From Helicobacteraceae bacterium (GTDB lineage: Bacteria > Campylobacterota > Campylobacteria > Campylobacterales > SZUA-545): a DNA stretch of 64,000 nt. A model generated the notes under the pieces. That model was not told the origin of the DNA and made no database searches. It saw only the letters and a list, made by a program, of their open reading frames with translations. Both the position numbers and the translations under genes were made by a program. This document shows, in pieces, positions 57,027 through 64,000 of the stretch; position 1 is the first letter of the stretch, and each line of letters starts with the position of its first letter. Location of the stretch: contig JAITUT010000044.1 of assembly GCA_031286325.1 (NCBI GenBank), positions 27 to 64,026 of the forward strand, in the 5' to 3' direction.

Positions 57027-60000
57027 TCCGCAACGGCGATATTCCAGAAGATTTAATTAAAACGTTTCCCGACGGATCAAAAACTTACGCTTATGAATTG
57101 ACGGAAAACGACATAAGATATAGGGTGGTTGTGTTTGAGTGGAGCGACGAAAAGAAAGTAATTACAATGTATTCAGATAGAAATACCGGTAAAGGAGACC
57201 CAGTTAGTCAATCCAATACCGGCGAGAAAATCATACCAGAAAATAATGGGTTGTCAAGGGCGCAAAACAAAAAGCCAAATGACGGCGGCGCGGGCGGAGA
57301 AACGGCGAGCGAGCCAGTTTTGGATAATCCGAATAAACCGAATAATCCCGATAATCCAAAGGGCGGCGCGGGAGATCAAGCGGTGGCGGCGCAAGTTGAA
57401 AAAGAGGAGTTGACGGAGAGCGCGGGAAACGCGGAGAGCGGCGCGGGCGAACACAATTCGCCCCTACGGGAGAACGCGGCGGGCGCGGTTAATTCGCCTA
57501 ACGCGCAAAGATCGCCAACGTCCGACGATTTAATAAAATTGCACAAAGACGGCGGGAAAGCGGTAATCTCTACGCTAGAGCCTGCGGAAGTAGCGGAAGT
57601 TGAGAAAATCCTGAACGATAGCGGGATTGAATTTGCCTATAAGAAAACTCCCGTCAATCGCGTGATAGATAGCGAGGGGATTACGCATATATTGCGCGAA
57701 CACGGCAACGAAGCGACCGAAGCGGCGCGGGGCAATATCGCGGTAACTTTTGAAGATATAGCGAACTACGAAAACATTATTAAAAGCGCGGATATGTCAG
57801 AAGCGACCGCTACGAAAAACGCGCCGCGAATCGCGCACGGTAAACAAGTAAACGGCTATTTTATCGTAGTAGAAGAAGCAAGAACAAAAACGGGCGAGCT
57901 AAGACTAGTTACTATGAGAAAGCAGAGAGGAAAATTAACGAGGGCTGCGTTATGGCTCGCCAAAGACAAGCCCCACCGCTCTACGTCCGAAACGACCCCT
58001 CTGGGGCAAACGCCGCGCGCAACGAATGCCTTAAATGAAAGTATACCGCAAGCGAGGGATTTGTCAAGAGAACAACTAGAACAACTTAACGCGCTGGACG
58101 AAAGCAAATTAACAGACGGACAGGCGTTAACGCGCGATATGTTTTTGGGAAAAGCGAACGAAGCGATTTTGAGAATGAAAGACGGACGCGTTTTCACGGA
58201 TTATTATAGAAATAAAGACTGGATAGTTGCTTTTAAGCGCGACGGAAAGCCAAGCGAAGTAAACAGAAACGCGTGGAGCGGAGAACTGCTAGAAATCAGC
58301 GATGTAATCCGAAACGGCGAATTAGCTTTTGACGGCGTTACGGAAAACGGCGCGATAAGATACGCATACGAGATGACGAAAAAATATGACGTTTTGCCCG
58401 ATGAAATTTTCAAGTTTAAGGTTGTAATAGAGGAGAACGCGGATCAGACTGTAACGATTGATTTTTATAAGGGAAATATAAAGACGAAAGAGCCGATCGC
58501 CCGCGAAACGCAAGCGGCAAAAGAAAGTATAAACGCGGGGAAAGCCGAAAAGGAATTGTCGGAGGGCGCGGAGTCAAGCTCTTCTAAAGTCATTCGCGGC
58601 GTTTTGGATCGCTCGCTACAAAGAGCGGAGAAAGCCAAAGAACAGATTAAAGAGCTCAACGAAAAGCTAGAAAAAAGCGTATCGTTTGAGGAAACAAAAA
58701 GCCTCTCTGCCGCGATCGAAGAACAAGAGCGGCATTTAGACGACGCTTTGCGCGGCGCAAACGAAGCAAGAAAACAGATCGCGGATGGCGCGATTGATTT
58801 ATTATTGAATGAAAAACAAGGCGAGGTAAAGGGCGCGTTGCACAATAAGCACGTGGGCGATATTGATCTGCCGTGGGGCGAGGCGGGAACGGGCAAAAGC
58901 GACGGTTGGGGGCTGGCGAAAATAGAGAAGTTTCACCCGGAAGTATTAGACAATTTGCAAGAGATTTTAAGCGATATGGAGATTAAAAGCAAAAGCGAAA
59001 ATAGAATAAGACTTGAAAGCGACCGCCATTCTGCGTCCGTGAGGCTAGATTATAACGGAGAAAAAAAGAAATGGTTACTCACGGCGTATGAAAAAGAAAC
59101 AAGCAAGAACGCCACCCCCGCAGGCACGACGAACATCTACGAGAACCCCAAAAACGGAGCAATTGAGAATGGCTACTCTCAAAGCGGCGTTAATGAAAGT
59201 ATATCGCAAACGGCGGAGTTGTCAAGATATATAGAGCTAATAAATAATGATTATAGAGAGTTTAATAAACCAATAAATTATGATTGGCTTATAAAGCTCG
59301 GAATGGGCGCGGAAGATATAGCGCAGTTGAGACTTTTCCACGAAAGGAGTCAAAAATACGGAACAACAAAGCCTCTAAACCAAGCAAGAAAGCTTTTAAC
59401 CGCGTTTAGAGATAGCTTGTTACGCGAGAAGCAAAGCGGCGGCGGATCGGGCGACGCGGGCAAAAGTATACCGCAAGCGGGGGATTTGTCAAGCGCGAGG
59501 GCAATCGCTGAAAGCGGCTCGAATGTTTCCAAAGTAGAAAGCGCGGCGGGCGCGGAAACGTCGGCGCGGTCGGCGATCGCGGGCGAACGCGGTTCGCCGC
59601 TATGGGAGAACGCGGAAAGCGCGGAAAGCGCGGCGATCGGCGCGAAAACGAAAGAAGATTTCAGCCTTGAGGATACGAATAGGATTTACGGCGGGGCAAG
59701 CAAACGCGCGGACGATAATCTGAAAGCGATTAGGTTATTAAAGCAATTAGAGAGCGAAGATAGAGCCGCGACGAAAGAGGAACAGGAGATTTTATCGCGT
59801 TATGTGGGTTGGGGCGGCGTGAAAGAGATATTCACAAATCTCAAAAAAGGTTGGGAGAATAGATTTAACGAGTTAAAGAGTTTGCTAACGGACGACGAAT
59901 ATAAAGCCGCGCGATCTTCCACGCAATACGCGCATTACACGGATTATAGAATAGTGAAAACCGTGTGGAAAGCTCTGGATAAATTAGGTTTATTGCCAGC

Positions 60001-63000
60001 TTTGCCCCAAAAATCTACGATTTTTGGGGACCCCGCCGATAAAACAATTAGAGTATTAGAGCCGAGCGCGGGGGTTGGGAATTTCTTTATGTTCGCGCCG
60101 AAAGGTTTGCGCTTTGAGAAGTTCGCGGTAGAGAAAGACGATATTTCAGCGAGGATCGCGGCGAAATTATTCCCGAATACTAGATTGGCGAAAAGAGGTT
60201 TTGAGGAGACGAATTTTGAGCGAAATTCCTTTGATTTAATTATTGGAAACCCGCCCTTTTCGGAAAATACCGCCACTTCCGCGCTGGATCAGAAGTTTGG
60301 CGAACTTGCGGGAATGTCTTTGCATAATTACTTTTTGGCGAAATCAGCCGCGTTGCTTAAAGAGGGCGGCGCGATGGGCGTAATTGTAACGCGGAATTTT
60401 ATGGACGCGGCAAACGCCGACGCGCGGGAATATCTGCAAAGGCAAGGGTTAGATTTAATGGCGGCGGTAAGATTGCCGAATAACTCTTTCAAAGAAAACG
60501 CGAATACTTCTGTAACGACCGATCTATTGATATTCCGCAAAAGGAAAGCGGGCGAAACCGCGCTTAATGATAATTGGGTAAAGACGGCGAAAGTAGAGGA
60601 TATTAACGGCGGCGAAGCGATAAAGACGAACGCCTTTTTCGCGGAAAATCCTGAAAATATGTTTGGCGTTTGGGCGCGCGCGAAACACGGGCAATACGGC
60701 GCGAACGAGGAAACTTTAATCGCGAGAGAGGGAAGCGATATATTCGCCGATCTTGATAAATGGGCGGATAATTTGAGCGGCGCGGAAACGAAAACCGATA
60801 ATTCCCGACGCGATCTAGCGGCGGGCGAAAATCGCCCTGCAGAGCAGAACGGCGATTTTCGGGAGAGTCAAGAGACGAAGTCTTTTGTCGGAGCGGAGGC
60901 TTTGCCTTCGCGAGAAATAGAAAGAAAACCCGCTTTACAGCATATTTACGAAATGGGCGCGGGCGCGGGAGATATAAGAATAACTGGGGATGGCAAATTA
61001 GCGCGGATCGTAAAAGACGAATTGGGAGACGATGTATTAGAGGAAGTTGATCCGATAGAGCTTTTAACGACGCGCGACGAGTTTAACGCGTTTGATTTAG
61101 CGAAACAAGAGAAGTTAAGAAAACAAGCCTCCGAAGCCGCCGAAAGATATAAAGCGGCTTTGGAGCTTTATTCGCTTCGCGCGAAATTATCAAAAGCGGA
61201 GTTAAATATAGGGAGCAAGAAAGAGGATATTGAGGCTTTGCGCGGCGAATTAAATAAGACGTATGACGACTATACGCGCGAATTTGGCGCGATAAACGCG
61301 CCGCAAAACTCTTCCGTATTGGGCGATACGGCTTTTTATCCGACTTTGCAAACGTTAGAAGACGTCAAGAAGATAAGCGGCAAAAGAATTTATGAGCGAG
61401 CCGGAGCGTTAAATAGACGATCGCAATTTCCATACGTAAAAGCGGAGAAAGCGGATAGCGCGGTTAACGCTTTGGCGATTTCGCTGGACGAAACGGGCGG
61501 TTTGGATTTAGCGCGGATTGCCGAGTTGCGAGGCATTGACGAAAGCGCGGCGGAGAGAGAATTATTAACGGACGGATTGGCGTTTTACGACCCGAAAAAG
61601 GCGCGTTTAGTCGCGAAAGACGAGTATTTAAGCGGAAATGTAAAGGCGAAATTGCGCGAGGCTAAGGCGGCGTATCAAGAGACGAACGATCCGCGCCTAG
61701 CGGCGAATATAGAGGAGTTGGAGAAAATCCAGCCGGCGAAAGTAAGCATAACGGAAGTTCATATACCTTTTGCTTCGGCGTGGATACCGATTGAAGTAAT
61801 GGAAGATTTCGCGCGGGAAGTCTTGAAAACTTCAATAAGCGCGAAACAAGTAATAGACGGCAAATGGAAGATAAGCGTAATGGGCAATGTTCCGTCCGAT
61901 GTTCGCGCGATTTTCGCGACGGAAAAGAAAGATTTAGAAGACGTCTTAAACGCGGCGGCGAATCAGCGCGAATTGCGCGTGAATAAGAAAGATAACTTTG
62001 GAAATCCAATAACGGATATAGGCGCGACGCAAGAGGCGAACGCGAAAGTTAAAGCTCTCAAAGAGGCGTGGAGCGAATGGCTGACTGCGGACGGCAAACG
62101 CGCTATAGAATTAGAAGATTTGTATAACGAGCGATTTAATAATCTTGCGGAGCGGAAATATGACGGCTCTAAGCTTTCGTTTATCGGCAAAGTTCACGAC
62201 GCTATTGTGAAACTTAGAACGCACCAAAAGAACGCCGCTTTCCGTATTTTGCAGGAGAAAACCGCGCTGCTTGATCACACGGTAGGAAGCGGCAAGACGT
62301 TTTCTATGATTAGCGCGATAATGGAGTTAAGGCGGCAAGGACAGGCGAAGAAGATAATAGTCGTCGTGCCGAATCATCTTGTGGAGCAATGGCGAAAAGA
62401 TTTCGCGAAACTTTATCCCGAATCTAATGTTTTAGCGATTGGGCAAGGCAAATACACATCTAAAAACCGCAATCGGCTAAATAACCGCATTATGAATCAG
62501 GACTTTGACGCGGTAATAATGCCGATTAGCTCTTTTACGCAATTGGGTGTTTCGCCGCAATTGGAGCGGCAATATCTAGAGGAAGAAATTCGCTTGGTAA
62601 TGGAAGCGGAAAAGGCGGCGAGAATAGAGAGCGGCGGCAAAAGAAGCCAATCTTTGCGCGATTTGGAGAGAAAGCGCGAAAGTTTGCAAGATAAAATTAA
62701 ATCGCGCCAGCGGAAAATAGCGAAAAGGCAGGATAAGAGCGTTTGGTTTGACGAGTTGGGAATTGACGCGCTTTTTGTCGACGAGGCGCAGGAGTTTAAG
62801 AATTTAGGTTTCGCTACGACTTTGCGAAATGTGGCGGGAATTGGAAACGCGGAAGGCTCGCAAAGGGCGCAGGATTTATTCTATAAAACGCGCTTTTTGA
62901 GCGGTCAAGATAAGCGGATTGTATTCGCTACGGGAACGCCGATAAGCAATTCGCTGACGGAGGCTTATACTTTGCAGAGATATTTGGATTATGAGACTTT

Positions 63001-64000
63001 GCGGAGAGAAAATCTCGCGGCATTTGACAATTGGGTTAAGCAATTCGGGCAAATTGAGAGCGATTTTGAGGTTACGGGCGTAAATACGATGAAAGAGCGA
63101 ACGCGGCTAAGAAGTTATGTGAATGTCGCGCAACTTAAAAAGTTGTATAAACGTTTCGCCGATTGCGTAACGACCGCCGATGTAAAACGGATCGCGGAGG
63201 AGAACGGCGAAAAGCTAATGATACCGCCAATTAACGGCGGCAAAGCGAAAACGCTAGCCGCCGAGATAAGCGATCATCAACGCGAGTATTTTAAGAAATT
63301 GCAAGAACGCGCGGATAATATAAAGCGCGGCGATAAAGACAATATGCTGAACATTTTAACCGACGGGAATAAAGCCTCGTTGGATTACAGGTTGATAGAT
63401 AAAAACGCGCCCGATTTCGCGGGAAGCAAAGTAAATCTGGCAGTTGATAATATCGTGAATGATTATAAAGCGTGGGAGAAAGACAAGGGAACGCAACTAG
63501 TATTTTGCGATTTATCCACGCCGAAGAAGATCACAAAGGGTTTGCAAACGGCGCGGAAAACGCTGGAGGAGAAATTAGCGAAAGCGAACGCGGGAGACGC
63601 GAACGCGGAAGCTTGGCTAGAAAAGAATTATTCCGCGCCCGGAGCGATCGAGGATATGCTTAATGTCGACGGGTTTAGCGTTTATGACGATGTAAAGCAA
63701 AAACTAATCGCGCGCGGAATACCAGAAAACGAAATCGCCTTTATTCACGATTTTGAGGGCAAATCGCGCAAAGAGGAGCTTTTTGACAAAGTTAATAAAG
63801 GCGAAATACGGGTTTTATTAGGCAGTTCGGGCAAAATGGGATCGGGAATGAATGTGCAGGAGCGGTTAGTCTCGTTACATCATCTTGATTGCCCTTATCG
63901 CCCCTCTGATTTGGAGCAGAGAAACGGGCGAAAGCGAGCTGAGGTAAATGCTTTAAGAACAAAATACTTCCCGCAAATCTCTTTGTATGGCAAATACGAT
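57014..64000 (+). CDS. giant polyvalent protein (3' partial): repeated nuclease-like modules + N6-adenine DNA methyltransferase + SNF2/DEAD-type helicase
   Basis: I translated by hand from ATG 57014 (frame 2) to nt 64000 without meeting a stop (2329 codons). The track does not list it because it has no stop. The motifs are given under the sub-features below. Confidence 0.85.
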   Translation, partial: MGEIIRNGDIPEDLIKTFPDGSKTYAYELTENDIRYRVVVFEWSDEKKVITMYSDRNTGKGDPVSQSNTGEKIIPENNGLSRAQNKKPNDGGAGGETASEPVLDNPNKPNNPDNPKGGAGDQAVAAQVEKEELTESAGNAESGAGEHNSPLRENAAGAVNSPNAQRSPTSDDLIKLHKDGGKAVISTLEPAEVAEVEKILNDSGIEFAYKKTPVNRVIDSEGITHILREHGNEATEAARGNIAVTFEDIANYENIIKSADMSEATATKNAPRIAHGKQVNGYFIVVEEARTKTGELRLVTMRKQRGKLTRAALWLAKDKPHRSTSETTPLGQTPRATNALNESIPQARDLSREQLEQLNALDESKLTDGQALTRDMFLGKANEAILRMKDGRVFTDYYRNKDWIVAFKRDGKPSEVNRNAWSGELLEISDVIRNGELAFDGVTENGAIRYAYEMTKKYDVLPDEIFKFKVVIEENADQTVTIDFYKGNIKTKEPIARETQAAKESINAGKAEKELSEGAESSSSKVIRGVLDRSLQRAEKAKEQIKELNEKLEKSVSFEETKSLSAAIEEQERHLDDALRGANEARKQIADGAIDLLLNEKQGEVKGALHNKHVGDIDLPWGEAGTGKSDGWGLAKIEKFHPEVLDNLQEILSDMEIKSKSENRIRLESDRHSASVRLDYNGEKKKWLLTAYEKETSKNATPAGTTNIYENPKNGAIENGYSQSGVNESISQTAELSRYIELINNDYREFNKPINYDWLIKLGMGAEDIAQLRLFHERSQKYGTTKPLNQARKLLTAFRDSLLREKQSGGGSGDAGKSIPQAGDLSSARAIAESGSNVSKVESAAGAETSARSAIAGERGSPLWENAESAESAAIGAKTKEDFSLEDTNRIYGGASKRADDNLKAIRLLKQLESEDRAATKEEQEILSRYVGWGGVKEIFTNLKKGWENRFNELKSLLTDDEYKAARSSTQYAHYTDYRIVKTVWKALDKLGLLPALPQKSTIFGDPADKTIRVLEPSAGVGNFFMFAPKGLRFEKFAVEKDDISARIAAKLFPNTRLAKRGFEETNFERNSFDLIIGNPPFSENTATSALDQKFGELAGMSLHNYFLAKSAALLKEGGAMGVIVTRNFMDAANADAREYLQRQGLDLMAAVRLPNNSFKENANTSVTTDLLIFRKRKAGETALNDNWVKTAKVEDINGGEAIKTNAFFAENPENMFGVWARAKHGQYGANEETLIAREGSDIFADLDKWADNLSGAETKTDNSRRDLAAGENRPAEQNGDFRESQETKSFVGAEALPSREIERKPALQHIYEMGAGAGDIRITGDGKLARIVKDELGDDVLEEVDPIELLTTRDEFNAFDLAKQEKLRKQASEAAERYKAALELYSLRAKLSKAELNIGSKKEDIEALRGELNKTYDDYTREFGAINAPQNSSVLGDTAFYPTLQTLEDVKKISGKRIYERAGALNRRSQFPYVKAEKADSAVNALAISLDETGGLDLARIAELRGIDESAAERELLTDGLAFYDPKKARLVAKDEYLSGNVKAKLREAKAAYQETNDPRLAANIEELEKIQPAKVSITEVHIPFASAWIPIEVMEDFAREVLKTSISAKQVIDGKWKISVMGNVPSDVRAIFATEKKDLEDVLNAAANQRELRVNKKDNFGNPITDIGATQEANAKVKALKEAWSEWLTADGKRAIELEDLYNERFNNLAERKYDGSKLSFIGKVHDAIVKLRTHQKNAAFRILQEKTALLDHTVGSGKTFSMISAIMELRRQGQAKKIIVVVPNHLVEQWRKDFAKLYPESNVLAIGQGKYTSKNRNRLNNRIMNQDFDAVIMPISSFTQLGVSPQLERQYLEEEIRLVMEAEKAARIESGGKRSQSLRDLERKRESLQDKIKSRQRKIAKRQDKSVWFDELGIDALFVDEAQEFKNLGFATTLRNVAGIGNAEGSQRAQDLFYKTRFLSGQDKRIVFATGTPISNSLTEAYTLQRYLDYETLRRENLAAFDNWVKQFGQIESDFEVTGVNTMKERTRLRSYVNVAQLKKLYKRFADCVTTADVKRIAEENGEKLMIPPINGGKAKTLAAEISDHQREYFKKLQERADNIKRGDKDNMLNILTDGNKASLDYRLIDKNAPDFAGSKVNLAVDNIVNDYKAWEKDKGTQLVFCDLSTPKKITKGLQTARKTLEEKLAKANAGDANAEAWLEKNYSAPGAIEDMLNVDGFSVYDDVKQKLIARGIPENEIAFIHDFEGKSRKEELFDKVNKGEIRVLLGSSGKMGSGMNVQERLVSLHHLDCPYRPSDLEQRNGRKRAEVNALRTKYFPQISLYGKYD
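57680..57706 (+). other. His-x4-His signature of nuclease-like module 2 (ITHILREHG)
   Basis: The same pattern recurs at 56946-56966 (IHIAQKH) and 58910-58942 (GLAKIEKFHPE). Each is followed by a beta-rich segment ending in ..TMY/..TAY/..DFY. Confidence 0.45.
59801..60545 (+). other. N6-adenine DNA methyltransferase domain of the giant ORF
   Basis: YVGWGG at 59801-59818, motif I VLEPSAGVGNF at 60053-60085 and motif IV GNPPF at 60245-60259. Confidence 0.8.
62210..63931 (+). other. SNF2/DEAD-like helicase domain of the giant ORF
   Basis: Walker A VGSGKT at 62282-62299, DEAQ box VDEAQE at 62777-62794, motif III-like ATGTPISNS, and motif VI start QRNGR at 63917-63931. Confidence 0.8.

Larger units (their letters stand above)
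56502..64000 (+). mobile_element. edge or remnant of a mobile element (ICE, plasmid or phage-derived) carrying a polyvalent methylase-helicase gene
   Basis: The gene content is typical of conjugative-element/phage polyvalent proteins and it abuts core flagellar genes. No integrase, att site or transfer genes are visible in the part seen. Confidence 0.4.

Noticed and set aside
56990-57030. Programmed -1 ribosomal frameshift joining 56523..57026 to the giant ORF
   Set aside because: There is no X XXY YYZ slippery heptamer in the zero frame and no obvious downstream stimulatory structure. A mutation, a sequencing error or simple overlap coupling is more likely.
63472-63663. 63-aa + strand ORF
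   Set aside because: It is an alternate frame inside the helicase domain of the giant ORF.

Overview
This 64-kb chromosomal window is mostly housekeeping genes. The gene set and motifs look like Campylobacterota, which is an inference: an enlarged FlgE, flgC-fliE, GG-N10-GC RpoN-type promoters, R-A-F-T-[LM]-[IV]-E pseudopilins, selenocysteine FdhA with FdhB/FdhC, accA-fabF-acpP, clpB, valS, alaS, rpsA and hisHA. Two things are unusual for that group: the GC content is fairly high, and the palindrome GCGATCGC/CGATCG is very abundant. Accessory or unusual content: (1) A solitary 1036-aa Type IIG/IIL-like nuclease-methyltransferase sits between mreC and aguB. (2) An AT-rich MvaI/BcnI-like Type II R-M cassette, with an unknown gene and decayed frames, is bracketed by a 19/20 direct repeat. 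(3) There is a translationally coupled four-gene pseudopilin operon. (4) A family of mosaic intergenic repeats is built on a GTAG-headed palindrome (REP/REPIN-like). It occurs in at least five intergenic regions and twice in-frame inside a coding region. (5) There are two candidate contingency loci: (AGCAC)x7 next to an outer-membrane protein gene whose signal peptide is out of frame, and G6/G8/G6 tracts at the window start. (6) The most striking element is absent from the ORF track because it never reaches a stop. A reading frame open from 57014 to the window end (more than 2,300 codons) follows an out-of-frame 167-codon fragment directly after fliE. It encodes a polyvalent protein with repeated nuclease-like modules, an N6-adenine methyltransferase and an SNF2-type helicase. 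All functional calls come from reading motifs by eye; no searches or computations were run.
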